A stretch of DNA of 64,000 nucleotides, taken from positions 32,001 to 96,000 of IMG/VR virus record IMGVR_UViG_3300027712_001108, one strand, 5' to 3'. The notes under the pieces were generated by a model. It was not told the DNA's origin. It made no database searches and saw only the letters and a list, made by a program, of their open reading frames with translations. This DNA comes from a virus. The translations under genes were made by a program, and so were the position numbers. This document shows positions 10,121 to 20,676 of this stretch, piece after piece; within the stretch, counting starts at the first letter, position 1; every line of letters begins with the position of its first letter.

Positions 10121-11380
10121 TTATAATCCTTTGTTGTAAATTGACATAAATTTATCGTATGCAGGCGTAGTAAACCAGTTCCTGCTAAGGAACCATTGCT
10201 GATTGTGATGACAGATTTCTTTCACTTGCTCTAGCCAACTCCATTTGTCTTTCACATAACTGATGTTTTGTAAATTGCGTACAATAGCAGAAACTCTATC
10301 TGCAAATGGTGCATCGTCGTAGCTTTCATCCCATAGTGTGTCAAATGTTTCAAACCCCCACGACTTTAATTTAGCCAAAGTTCCAGGGTGTGCCAACAAC
10401 ATAAATGGTTGCTGCGCCCATAACGGCTTCCATAATTTTTCACTAATAAACAAGTTATGCGGTTCATCAAATGCATGTGTTTCTGTTACCACACTTGCCC
10501 AACTGTTGAGATAGATACTGGGATTAATCTGCATGGCTTTGTTGTTGTCAAAATCTGCATCATCCACTACCAAAGGCAGCACAGCATTGGCTTTGTCTAT
10601 TACACTTTGTGGCACATCATGCCGTGTCCAAAAATCATATACCAGCTTGTTGTGGCTTATCATTCCCTGTAAATGCAAATCCTGCTCTATTAAACGCATT
10701 GCCATAACTTCTCTGTGATTGCGACTAACACGATTCAAACAGTTAAACAGTTTTACTGTATGTGGCCGTTGTTTGGCTTGTCTGTGATCATCCCATGTCA
10801 CTGCTGTGCTACGACGCAAATTCAATTGCTGCATATACATCAAATGTGGAAACCCAATGACGCCAATGCGTTCTCGTATACTGTGACTATCGCACCACTC
10901 TGCATAGCCGCGTTCTTCTAAATCATTGCCACTTAAAAACAGCATACTTGCGGCGGGTATTGCATTATCGTTACATAGTTTATGTAGGTATGCATATAGT
11001 TTGGTATCATAGAACCCTTCGTTTAGATTGTCTACAACCAACAATGCACGACCTGCACGAGCATCGTCTAACACCACACTTGGTACAAAATTAATAAATG
11101 GTTCGTATCCAAATTCATTACCAGGCCACCCTGTCCAGTAACCAGCATCGTTCCATGTGCCTATATTATATGCATATCTCTCGGGTCTGTTATCCAATCC
11201 ACTATGATGCCAATGATGATCGGGTCTATCCCACCAGTTTAATCGCCAATAGTGAAACATATTAGCTACAGGAAAACGACCCGACTTTAATTCCCATCTG
11301 GGCCCGTGTGTGGTATGCGGGCATGCTGTCATAGTCCTAAAGCGTGCAGGGTCGTCAAATACCCAATGTACTGCTGTCAT
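10121..11380 (-). CDS. putative glycosyltransferase-like protein
   Basis: FNCLNR...R; VTET...ISEKLWKP...PF; GFETF..DESYD motifs; paralog of 38566..39609. Confidence 0.55.
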   Translation of the reverse strand: MTAVHWVFDDPARFRTMTACPHTTHGPRWELKSGRFPVANMFHYWRLNWWDRPDHHWHHSGLDNRPERYAYNIGTWNDAGYWTGWPGNEFGYEPFINFVPSVVLDDARAGRALLVVDNLNEGFYDTKLYAYLHKLCNDNAIPAASMLFLSGNDLEERGYAEWCDSHSIRERIGVIGFPHLMYMQQLNLRRSTAVTWDDHRQAKQRPHTVKLFNCLNRVSRNHREVMAMRLIEQDLHLQGMISHNKLVYDFWTRHDVPQSVIDKANAVLPLVVDDADFDNNKAMQINPSIYLNSWASVVTETHAFDEPHNLFISEKLWKPLWAQQPFMLLAHPGTLAKLKSWGFETFDTLWDESYDDAPFADRVSAIVRNLQNISYVKDKWSWLEQVKEICHHNQQWFLSRNWFTTPAYDKFMSIYNKGL

Positions 11381-12621
11381 GGTCTTAACTGTGCCAATCT
11401 AGGCAAATAATCCTGCATTTTACGTGATTTTAATTGGTCAAGTAGATCAGCATCGTGCCAAAACTGCTCCCATGAATCTTCAGGCCAGTCTTTGAAATTG
11501 TATATTACCATGTCTGTTGCAGCCGTATCCATGTAATTGAGCGCACCTTGCCAACTGCTATAGTTACGTTGAGTTTCGTGTCCCAACAGCGACTGTTCTA
11601 CTTCTGCACGTATTTCCCGTTTGGCATGTCTGGGTAATAATCGTACATCTTGATATGTGGGTTGATAGACAATGTTCACAAACGGCAAGCCTGCAAAACA
11701 CTGTTGCTGGGTAGTCCATTCAATAAGTTCTGCAACGTTGAAACAATTGTAAATTCCAAACGTGGTATGCAGTTCCAACTTGATATTAGGTGCTTGCAAT
11801 TCTGCAATCCGCTGTAGGTTATGACTGATAATACGCCAATCGCTGTTCTGTCGTATATAATCATTGGCAATACCCACAGCTTCTACGCTGACATTGATGT
11901 TTACCCATTGGAATGATTGCCACATTTTTAACAGCTTTGCAGGTACATGTGTGAGATTGGTATTGTAACTGATCTGTTGAAACTGTGCCAATCCCTGATC
12001 GATGCAGGACTGTAATATATCCATATGCTGTTTGACAATCAGTGGTTCGCCACCTAAGAAATTCATATGCGTAACAGAAGGTAAACTGCGATTTATCAAC
12101 TCTATTGCACCTGGGTCTTCGAACCATATTTGATGCGCACTGCGAGGATCTGCTTCAACTGATTCCCACCTGCCCAGTTTGGCCAGATCATTTTGCCACA
12201 AATGACTGTTCATCCAGTTACACATCCTGCAAACCAAATTGCATTTATTACCAAATGTAATATCCAAATATTGTATTTCGGCACCTGTTAGCAGTGTGCC
12301 ATCTGCTGCAATTGGTTTGGCCGTAGGCAGTATTCCATCTTTGGTATATACATCGTTCCATATTTGCCTAAAGCTAACACCGCCGTTATCTTCTATTTTC
12401 CAACATTTGCTGCAAGTTGGATGACGTTCACCTGCTTGTATAGACAATCTAACTGCTTTGTGTAGTTGACTGTTTAGTACATCCAATGGATCTGCACAAT
12501 CGTTGACAAATGGTTGACTGTAATCTTCCCAATGTCCGTGATTGTTGCAGCAGAGTCTAGGACGGCCAGGGCCATCCAAACTCAAACTGTTGTAAGGTAA
12601 TACACAAAATACATCTGTCAT
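11377..12621 (-). CDS. radical SAM protein with Twitch-like domain
   Basis: CNLVCRMC, GGEP. Confidence 0.9.
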   Translation of the reverse strand: MTDVFCVLPYNSLSLDGPGRPRLCCNNHGHWEDYSQPFVNDCADPLDVLNSQLHKAVRLSIQAGERHPTCSKCWKIEDNGGVSFRQIWNDVYTKDGILPTAKPIAADGTLLTGAEIQYLDITFGNKCNLVCRMCNWMNSHLWQNDLAKLGRWESVEADPRSAHQIWFEDPGAIELINRSLPSVTHMNFLGGEPLIVKQHMDILQSCIDQGLAQFQQISYNTNLTHVPAKLLKMWQSFQWVNINVSVEAVGIANDYIRQNSDWRIISHNLQRIAELQAPNIKLELHTTFGIYNCFNVAELIEWTTQQQCFAGLPFVNIVYQPTYQDVRLLPRHAKREIRAEVEQSLLGHETQRNYSSWQGALNYMDTAATDMVIYNFKDWPEDSWEQFWHDADLLDQLKSRKMQDYLPRLAQLRP

Positions 12622-13601
12622 GCTCGCTGCCTTTTGGGTATACTCATGTCAGTTCCGCAATGACAATGTGTACGTGGACAAACAACTGTACTGTATAAAT
12701 GATTCAAATTCAATGGTGTGTTCATATTGCCAATAACACCCGATACTCCGCAACTACCCATTGTAATATCACCATTTATTGCTATGTTAATGCTAGTACC
12801 AATATCACATTGCCAACCCAAAAAGAAATTGCGTCGTTCGGCAGTAAGACGATTGCTGTTCACAGGCCGTACCGTGCCGTCTGCATAGTGTTCTACTACT
12901 AAACTGTGTCCTGCACGGTTATCTGGTGTAGGCAATGACTGCTTGCTACGGTTGCTGTTCTTCATTAACCATTCGACTTTTGCAGGATCGTCATATGCAT
13001 ATGGATCGGCAGCAGTACTCATTTCATCTAGTATAGGTACATATTCCATTGTGACATTTTGCATAGTTGCCCATATCTCATCTGCACGTTCCAACATGTG
13101 ATCCCAATGTGATTCTGCCATCATCATACGAACAGCAAGATAGTTTACTTTGTCTTGTAGAAACTGTGCAGTTTCCAAAAATCTATCATGCTTTACCCAG
13201 CCAGGGTGGTAACTGGCAACCACATCATCGAACCTATGATAGTTACGTTCCCACCATACCAGAGGCTTTGACAAATTGGTATTGATTGCCAATGTGACTT
13301 TGTCTGGCAATATATTAGACAAATAATCGCATATAGGTAATAGAGCAGGCCAGTGGGTGGGTTCGCCGCCGCTAAAGAATACTTTTACTTTGCTGTATTG
13401 TTTGCCTGCTAATCCGTGAATCAGTGTATCCAAATTGCTAAGGTAAACTTCAACATTTAAGTTGGGTGTGTCTCCGCCCCAATTACCAGGATTGCAATAA
13501 CCACATCGAAAATTGCAAGTGTTACTGGTTTGCCATGTAATATTGAGTGTGAGTCCGTCTTGTGCTTCTATGGCAACTAATGCATTGTTTTCTAATATCA
13601 T
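12618..13601 (-). CDS. radical SAM protein with C-terminal Twitch-like domain
   Basis: CNFRCGYC, SGGEP; C-terminal GWQC...CHC. Confidence 0.9.
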   Translation of the reverse strand: MILENNALVAIEAQDGLTLNITWQTSNTCNFRCGYCNPGNWGGDTPNLNVEVYLSNLDTLIHGLAGKQYSKVKVFFSGGEPTHWPALLPICDYLSNILPDKVTLAINTNLSKPLVWWERNYHRFDDVVASYHPGWVKHDRFLETAQFLQDKVNYLAVRMMMAESHWDHMLERADEIWATMQNVTMEYVPILDEMSTAADPYAYDDPAKVEWLMKNSNRSKQSLPTPDNRAGHSLVVEHYADGTVRPVNSNRLTAERRNFFLGWQCDIGTSINIAINGDITMGSCGVSGVIGNMNTPLNLNHLYSTVVCPRTHCHCGTDMSIPKRQRA

Positions 13602-14872
13602 TTGTTAGTATTAATACCATTTTTTAATTGATCAATCAAGTCTGGCCACAATACAGAATGGTCCATACTGTGCATGCTGTCGTTAACCGCCAACCAGTCA
13701 ATCAGCCGTTGTTGTGCTACGGTAGTAGCAGTTGTTTGTGACAACAACGTGGTACTCATATAATCTAAACCGTCGTGAAAATTACAATGACCGCCTCTGA
13801 CTATGGGTCGCAATGCAGTACGTAATTTGGTAATCGCTGCTGTACGATACTCTATTGGTATAACTTTGGCACTGAGATGATGCGGAAAGTCCAACATAAT
13901 AGGATACCATATGATATTTTTATCGTAGTCTTCTGCCATGTATATCAGCCACTGAATCAATGGTTCTATACTGTTGTAATTAAGGGCACCTACTACTGTG
14001 TACACTTTGAGTGTTTTTGCCACGTCATGCTTTAGATATTTTTCAAAATTACGAACTTTTTCTGTCCATACTGTGGGATAACGTATGTATTCGTCTATTT
14101 TATTCAAACCGTCTATGCTGATTTGAACTTCTGTGTTTTCGAATTTTGCAAGCCTGTCTAACAGTTTGTAATTCCACACTGTGCAATTGGTAGTAAAGCT
14201 GATATGGCATGTGGTATTGCCTGCATCCAACAGTATATCAAGGTACTGATAGATATTTGCATCCATAGTTGGTTCGCCGCCTGTTATATACAGACGTTTA
14301 AGAGTGGGTGCCATTTTGCGAAAATTTAGTTTGCTTTGTTCTGTGTTTATATAGCCATTATCTGCATACTCCACAGTTGTTTCACTGCGCCATTGGTTGT
14401 CTAACCATTCCGGCAATGCTGTATTTTCTATGGCATGTTTACGTTCTTCAGCTATTTTGCTACTGCTTCCACTCCAGCATGTAACGCATTGCAAATTACA
14501 AACAGTACCCAAACGTAATTCCAAACTGTCTGGCATGTCTGTGGCAACTGTGCGCAAGTCTTGCGCCAGTGTTGCAGCATAGTCACGGTTGGCGTGTGTA
14601 CGAGGACTGGGATTGCCAGCTGCTTCTATATTGTTACAGACTTTACAGTCTTTAACTCGTTCTCCTGCTAACATGCGTTCTCGTACTGCCTGCATATATG
14701 CGCCGTTCCATATATCATCCAGTGACTGGGTATTCCATTTTGCAGTGGTATAATCCTGATTGCGAATAACAATGTTGTCACTGATGTTGCAACAGAGTTT
14801 GCATTCTCCCTGAGGGGTCGTGTTGATATTACGCCACGCCAATGCACACAGGCTATCAGATTGCATGGTCAA
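13598..14872 (-). CDS. radical SAM protein
   Basis: CNLQCVTC, GGEP, SIDG. Confidence 0.9.
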   Translation of the reverse strand: MTMQSDSLCALAWRNINTTPQGECKLCCNISDNIVIRNQDYTTAKWNTQSLDDIWNGAYMQAVRERMLAGERVKDCKVCNNIEAAGNPSPRTHANRDYAATLAQDLRTVATDMPDSLELRLGTVCNLQCVTCWSGSSSKIAEERKHAIENTALPEWLDNQWRSETTVEYADNGYINTEQSKLNFRKMAPTLKRLYITGGEPTMDANIYQYLDILLDAGNTTCHISFTTNCTVWNYKLLDRLAKFENTEVQISIDGLNKIDEYIRYPTVWTEKVRNFEKYLKHDVAKTLKVYTVVGALNYNSIEPLIQWLIYMAEDYDKNIIWYPIMLDFPHHLSAKVIPIEYRTAAITKLRTALRPIVRGGHCNFHDGLDYMSTTLLSQTTATTVAQQRLIDWLAVNDSMHSMDHSVLWPDLIDQLKNGINTNK

Positions 14873-16064
14873 TGCCCCTTAATTCTGGAAAGATATCTCG
14901 CCAACTTTCGTGACGAATTTTGTCTAATTTTGCAGTTTGATGTGCCCACAGATGCAGCAATTCGCTGTCATCTTGCTCATTCATAAATGATATTATACCA
15001 GTGAACGCAGCTATGGTTTTATCTGCTGCTCCATTAGTTGACAACCAATCACAATGTCGATTTATTTTATCAGTTACACGTTGCTTTATCTGTTCGGGTA
15101 GTACTCGTGTGCTAAAATATCGCGGACTTGTCAGTTGATTAATGCGTATATTATCAATGCCAACCAGTTCATGCTGCACCCAATCTTTGTGAAAATCACT
15201 AAGGTGTTTGACATTTAACAAACTAACAGTGGGAGTTATTTCAAAATATACATGGGGTAATTCTTGTAACATGCGTTTGCGATTGGCAACAACATCTTTC
15301 CATATCATGTTCTTACGTATATACTCGCCGCGTTCTCCACTACCATCAAGACTTGCAGCCACTTGTAAATTAGGGAATTGTCTCCATAATTCAAACAAGT
15401 CGCGTTGTTTGTAATCCAGTTTGGTGAAATTGGTAGTATAGTTGAGTTTTACATCTGTTTTACCTATGCTGATCCAATGATCCAGTATACGATAGTGTTC
15501 TTCAGTCATAAGACTTTCACCACCTGCAAAGTACACTTCTTCAGTTGTAGACAAATGTGGTAACAGTTGCTCCCAAAAATCATCGCCTTGGTTTATATTC
15601 AATATTCGCGGTGCGGTATGGGTATGATCCAGTGTAACTGCATCGTCGTACCATGCACTACTCAACTGCGGGCCGCATGTTCTACAACGTAGATTACATA
15701 TATTGCTAAATCGCACATCAAAGTATGCAAGATTTACTTTTTCAACAGAGCCATCTTCTGCTGTGCTGTCTACCACAGGTTGATGATGTGCATATGCTTG
15801 ATTGCTGTTGTTACGCAGTGTAAATGTGCCGTGACGTTCCACATCATAACAACGATTACATGATGCAGATTCTTTACCTGCCAACATGTTTAATCGCAGT
15901 TCTCGCATGCGTTCACTATTCCATATGTCTTTGATAGTAGAGTCATTGGTATTGCCAATGGTCCAGTTTGTATCGCTCATGCAGCAGGGGAATACATCTC
16001 CATTAGGCCACATATGCATATGCACCCAGGGCATCATACAAAACACCTTATTGTCGGTAGTCAT
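14856..16064 (-). CDS. radical SAM/SPASM-like protein
   Basis: FCMMPW...PCC...CNRC; CNLRCRTC. Confidence 0.9.
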   Translation of the reverse strand: MTTDNKVFCMMPWVHMHMWPNGDVFPCCMSDTNWTIGNTNDSTIKDIWNSERMRELRLNMLAGKESASCNRCYDVERHGTFTLRNNSNQAYAHHQPVVDSTAEDGSVEKVNLAYFDVRFSNICNLRCRTCGPQLSSAWYDDAVTLDHTHTAPRILNINQGDDFWEQLLPHLSTTEEVYFAGGESLMTEEHYRILDHWISIGKTDVKLNYTTNFTKLDYKQRDLFELWRQFPNLQVAASLDGSGERGEYIRKNMIWKDVVANRKRMLQELPHVYFEITPTVSLLNVKHLSDFHKDWVQHELVGIDNIRINQLTSPRYFSTRVLPEQIKQRVTDKINRHCDWLSTNGAADKTIAAFTGIISFMNEQDDSELLHLWAHQTAKLDKIRHESWRDIFPELRGIDHAI

Positions 16065-17440
16065 TCAATTTTTCCACATTCGTTATAGAAATCAACCAGT
16101 TCCGGAAATGTATCTACAAACTTGGTATTTCTGCGTTTATCATGCTCAGTGAACCATGCATAAAAATCTCTGCGACCTGTATACAGTTTGTCACTGCTAT
16201 AATTAGTCGTCTCCATATACCGTACCACACGACGAAATTTATCTACTTCTAAACTGCCAAATAGATTCTTATCCATGTCATCTTCGTTGGCTTCCATAAA
16301 TGCAAGACATTCATGCAAGTATGGCAAGAATTCTGCTTTGGGTAGCAGGTTGATATCGTACTGCAACGGTTCTCTTAGATATGGAGTATCAAAGCGTACA
16401 TTGCGCATGGTTCTACGCTGTTCTGTCGGCGGCGGCGCATACTGCGTTCTCCATTCCAACATTTTAGACAACAGCAATTTAAAACGCGGTACACTGAGTA
16501 TATTGTAAGTCATCATCATACTAACTGCTTGACCAGACAGTGTCATGTATGTGTTTAAGTTCTGTTCCCACTGTGTTATATCAAGTCCTGTGCGTATATA
16601 CTCTGCTTGCGTTCCCCATGTATCAATACTGGTAAACAGTGTAAAGTCTTTGATACACTTGCGGTCTATTAGATCTTTGATTTTGTTAGCAAGACGTGTA
16701 ACCAGTATGGGTTTTACACCCAGGTTGCTGTTTATGTTGAGTTCTAACTTGGGCATTGGGTTGTTAGACAAATCCTCTAGCAGTGTCCATGTGCTTTTGT
16801 GCAGCAAGGGTTCACCGCCTGTTATACGCAGAATATTAACACTGTTGCGCACACTGGGCCACCACTTCCACCATGCATCTACAAACGGATTAGATTCCTC
16901 TTCGAAGATGGTCATCCAATCTATATCGCAGCGATGATTGGTTACCATGTCGTATGGACCGTGATCGCGTATCTCATTATAGAACTTGCTGGATGCCTTG
17001 GGATGGCAGTAACCGCATTTGAAATTGCATTCGTTGCCAAAGCTGACTTCTATGTATTCTGGTGCAACAGGAAAGTCGGCACCTTTGGCTTTGATCTCGT
17101 CGTAGCGGTCCTGCCTAAAGATACTGCTGTTGCGTATGTGTCTATCGCTGATCAAATCCTTGTCAAGATTTTCAATGTTCCAGCAGTATTGGCATCCGGC
17201 TGGCTTGCGCCCGTTCAACAATGCTCTACGTTCTGCTTTCTTTTCTTCTGTATTGTGTAATGCACTGGGATCCCACCCTATTCTTTTCTCATCTATCTTG
17301 TGAGGTGCAGGATGATAGCAACTGTGTGTTTCACCTGTCTGCAAGTATATAGTGGTATGATGCCATTTGGCCATGCAGAATGTTGGACTGATGGCATCCA
17401 TCAGAGGTCTGAGTTCATCTATTCGTTTTCTATCTACCAT
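16061..17440 (-). CDS. radical SAM protein
   Basis: CNFKCGYC, GGEP; likely start MVDRK. Confidence 0.88.
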   Translation of the reverse strand: MVDRKRIDELRPLMDAISPTFCMAKWHHTTIYLQTGETHSCYHPAPHKIDEKRIGWDPSALHNTEEKKAERRALLNGRKPAGCQYCWNIENLDKDLISDRHIRNSSIFRQDRYDEIKAKGADFPVAPEYIEVSFGNECNFKCGYCHPKASSKFYNEIRDHGPYDMVTNHRCDIDWMTIFEEESNPFVDAWWKWWPSVRNSVNILRITGGEPLLHKSTWTLLEDLSNNPMPKLELNINSNLGVKPILVTRLANKIKDLIDRKCIKDFTLFTSIDTWGTQAEYIRTGLDITQWEQNLNTYMTLSGQAVSMMMTYNILSVPRFKLLLSKMLEWRTQYAPPPTEQRRTMRNVRFDTPYLREPLQYDINLLPKAEFLPYLHECLAFMEANEDDMDKNLFGSLEVDKFRRVVRYMETTNYSSDKLYTGRRDFYAWFTEHDKRRNTKFVDTFPELVDFYNECGKIE

Positions 17441-17575
17441 AACCTTAGTATATAGGTTGGACCACAGATATGCTACCAACCCAACAATAATTTTTGTCAG
17501 CTCTTGTAAATATACCACTTATGTATATATATAATGTATTCAAATAAAGTTTATGTAACAAGATGACAAAATCAC

Positions 17576-17604
17576 TTGACAATTTTCATACAAACTGCTA
17601 CTGT
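17576..17604 (+). promoter_or_regulatory. sigma70-type promoter for the sigma factor gene
   Basis: TTGACA-17 nt-TACTGT. Confidence 0.6.
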
Positions 17605-17655
17605 GACATCGGCTAACCGACACAATAAACATCAAAGCAACGGAGCAAAGTTCAT

Positions 17656-19119
17656 ATGGTAAAACCAAACAAATCTGCATCGACTAGTACTGCAAATGGC
17701 CCGCAGTTCAAAGAATTAGATCCAGTACGCATTTATTTGAAAGATGTAGGTAAAACTCCACTGCTGAATCATGCTAAAGAAATTGAACTTAGCAAAACTA
17801 TTGAAAGCAGCAAGCAGACTATTATGGATACGCTGTTTGCAATTCCCATGACTGTGCGCACTATTGATATATGGATTCAGGAAATACTAAACGGTGAACG
17901 ACCAGCAGACGAGATTTTTGATGTAGAACTGCAAGCGGACGGCACATTGTCACAAGAGCTAGTAGACAAGTTGACAGAAGTCAGAACAATGTGTGCAGAA
18001 TATCTCAGCAACACTGCTGGTAAAATTACCAAAGTTCAACTGCTTGACACGTTTAATGAATTGCATTTATTGCCATCCAGTATGACTACAATGATGACAA
18101 GTTTGCAAGACATCAACAAGAAATTACTCGAAGGCGACGGCGCAATTATGCGTATGGCAATTGACTGCGGAATTGATCGCACAGAGTTTATCAATTGCTA
18201 TGTGGGGCATGAAGACCTGCTGTGGTTAAGCGGCAAGCAAGGCAAAGGTTGGGATCGGCTTCATCGCAAACACAATGAATTAATGAACTATGTTGGCATG
18301 ATGCAAGAGCAAGCTGCTAATGCAGGGCTATCTGTGAATGAACTGCGCACCGCAGTGAGAGTACTGCGTAGTCAAGCCAAAATCAAAGATGAAGCAATCA
18401 GTCATATGGTAAATGCCAATTTGCGTTTAGTTGTAAGTGTTGCTAAAAAATACAATCAACAGGGCAATAGCCAACTGTTGGATCTGATTCAAGAAGGCAA
18501 TATTGGCCTAATCAAAGCAGTTGAAAAATTTAAATGGCAATTGGGTTATCGTTTCAGCACTTATGCAACTTGGTGGATCAGGCAGGCAATTATTAAAACT
18601 GCAACTGAAAGCAATCGTACTATTCGTATTCCCAGTCATGTTCTTGATACTATCAAAAAAATAAACTCTGCTACTAAGGAATATTTCTACAGCAATGGAC
18701 GCGATCCCAGTAATGCGGAGTTGGCAAAAATCCTCAACTGTGATGAGGACAAAATTGCACGTACCATGCGTGTTGCCAAAGATCCAATCAGTTTGGAAAC
18801 TCCAGTGGGCAATGAGGATGAAGGCAAGCTAGGCAATCTTATTGAAGATACTGAATCTGAAAATGCATTTGAACAAATTGCAAGAGCAGATTTCAATAAA
18901 GTAATTGGCGATGCACTGGAAGGTCTTAGTAGTAGAGAAGAACGTGTGCTGCGTATGCGATTTGGCATAGGTACAATGCGTGAATACACACTGGAAGAAA
19001 TTGGATTAAAGTTCAATGTTACACGTGAACGTGTGCGACAAATTGAAAACAAAGCACTAAGCAGACTTAAACATCCGCAGCGTGCCAAAGACTTACAAAA
19101 CGCAATTACAAATCAATAA
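17656..19119 (+). CDS. rpoD: RNA polymerase sigma-70 factor, RpoD-like, lacking region 1.1
   Basis: DPVRIYL, ANLRLVVSVAKKY, DLIQEGNIGL, FSTYATWWIRQAI, TRERVRQIE. Confidence 0.93.
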   Translation: MVKPNKSASTSTANGPQFKELDPVRIYLKDVGKTPLLNHAKEIELSKTIESSKQTIMDTLFAIPMTVRTIDIWIQEILNGERPADEIFDVELQADGTLSQELVDKLTEVRTMCAEYLSNTAGKITKVQLLDTFNELHLLPSSMTTMMTSLQDINKKLLEGDGAIMRMAIDCGIDRTEFINCYVGHEDLLWLSGKQGKGWDRLHRKHNELMNYVGMMQEQAANAGLSVNELRTAVRVLRSQAKIKDEAISHMVNANLRLVVSVAKKYNQQGNSQLLDLIQEGNIGLIKAVEKFKWQLGYRFSTYATWWIRQAIIKTATESNRTIRIPSHVLDTIKKINSATKEYFYSNGRDPSNAELAKILNCDEDKIARTMRVAKDPISLETPVGNEDEGKLGNLIEDTESENAFEQIARADFNKVIGDALEGLSSREERVLRMRFGIGTMREYTLEEIGLKFNVTRERVRQIENKALSRLKHPQRAKDLQNAITNQ

Positions 19120-19123
19120 TAAT

Positions 19124-19162
19124 AAAAACACCCTATGCATTGCTGCGTAGGGTGTTATTTTA
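19124..19162. terminator. bidirectional intrinsic terminator
   Basis: AACACCCTATGCA/TGCGTAGGGTGTT hairpin with A/T tails between convergent genes. Confidence 0.75.
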
Positions 19163-19810
19163 TTGTCCTGACAGTCTCGGCCATCTGCATGCTTTACCAT
19201 TATTAACAAGTTTGGTAAGGGCAGCTTTTTGGTTTTTTGCGTTAATTTGTTCAGATGTCAATGCAAATATACCAGATTTATTTTCTTTAGCCCACTGCCC
19301 ACCTTTTTTGCCACCGATTTTACCTGCAAGCGCAGCATTGCCTGATTTAAATCCTGCGCCACGCTCTGCGGTTTTCTTACCACCTTGCGATGCTATCTTA
19401 ATTTTATCTTCTTTAGACAATCCATGTATACCAGACTTGGTGTTAACGGCATTACGACCGCTAATTTTTCCAGCAGCTGATCTGTGTAGTGCAGCCAATT
19501 CAGGATTGTTTTTAATCCAATTTAGTAGTCCGATGCCATTGTTTATGTTATTGATAGCAGATTTGCGGCCATTTTCTTTAGCCATCTGTATCCAGTCATC
19601 TGGCGGTATTTTCATTCTAGCTGCAATCATAACACATGCATAATAATCACATTGTAATTTATGTATGTCATAATGTTCTTGCAAGGTTACAGCTTGCAAG
19701 TTAGCAGGGTTGTTATTATGATGGTTGCCGTCTATGTGATGAATATCAATACCAGCTAGCAGTGAAACGCTATGAAAGTCTTCGTATATTTTTCTATAGT
19801 TTTTTGACAT
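19160..19810 (-). CDS. HNH homing endonuclease-like protein
   Basis: IHHIDGNHHNNNPANL...EHYDIH; basic GK repeats. Confidence 0.8.
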   Translation of the reverse strand: MSKNYRKIYEDFHSVSLLAGIDIHHIDGNHHNNNPANLQAVTLQEHYDIHKLQCDYYACVMIAARMKIPPDDWIQMAKENGRKSAINNINNGIGLLNWIKNNPELAALHRSAAGKISGRNAVNTKSGIHGLSKEDKIKIASQGGKKTAERGAGFKSGNAALAGKIGGKKGGQWAKENKSGIFALTSEQINAKNQKAALTKLVNNGKACRWPRLSGQ

Positions 19811-19835
19811 AGTACTTGTGTGTTCCCACAAGTAT

Positions 19836-20369
19836 TTATGCTCCTAATCTATGATTAATAACATCCCAATCAATTATTTGCCAAATCTTTTTAAGATAAT
19901 CATCTTTATCCCATTTATAATCGTAGAATGCGTGTTCCCACATGTCTATGGGCAGCAACACATCTTTTACTATTTTATGATTCTTAATGGTTTTTATAGT
20001 ACCGTTTTTAGCCAAGTATACCCAGCCAGATCCCTGTATGGTTTTGGCTGCGGCAGTCATAGCACGTTTGAAATCTGGAAAATCGTTGTGTACACTTTCT
20101 ATCAATTCCAAACTAGCACCACGTGGCTTGTTGTTGCTTCGGGGTGCAGCGAATTGTGACCAATATATACCGTGTAAGAACGCACCTGCTTCGTTAAACG
20201 CAGGATCTCCTTCACTTTTGTTAAATCTATCAACATACCCTTTGGTAAGATGATCGTAATGATAGATTACAGCTTCTTTACTTAGAACGGGTTCTAATGC
20301 ATCGCGTGCATACGGCAACGGTTCCAGTGTTAGCTTTTTAGCAGCTTCTGATAATTGTGCAAGTTTCAT
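19836..20369 (-). CDS. sod: Fe/Mn superoxide dismutase
   Basis: LPY...ALEP, HYDH, QGSGW, DMWEHAFY. Confidence 0.9.
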   Translation of the reverse strand: MKLAQLSEAAKKLTLEPLPYARDALEPVLSKEAVIYHYDHLTKGYVDRFNKSEGDPAFNEAGAFLHGIYWSQFAAPRSNNKPRGASLELIESVHNDFPDFKRAMTAAAKTIQGSGWVYLAKNGTIKTIKNHKIVKDVLLPIDMWEHAFYDYKWDKDDYLKKIWQIIDWDVINHRLGA

Positions 20370-20460
20370 GCTGATATTTATAACAATTGTGCATTGTAAT
20401 TTGGCATTATATTATAATGTGTAACATAATGATTTTAATATAACAATTTGGAGCAACGTT

Positions 20461-20676
20461 GTGACGAAGCCAACTACTAAAAATCGTGTCTACATTGAAT
20501 GCAGTGAGACTGAAAAGAAAGTTAAAGGTCGCATTATTAGAAAAGAAGATGCTGTTATGGAAGTGGAATCTCCAACAGGTCATATATTGTTAATGCATCG
20601 TAAAAACAAACGCAGTCCATTTATCACACGCATGGGACAATTGGAATTTTACAGCGACGGTAAAGAAATCAACTAG
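20461..20676 (+). CDS. hypothetical protein
   Basis: GGAG SD, GTG start, 71 aa. Confidence 0.6.
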   Translation: MTKPTTKNRVYIECSETEKKVKGRIIRKEDAVMEVESPTGHILLMHRKNKRSPFITRMGQLEFYSDGKEIN

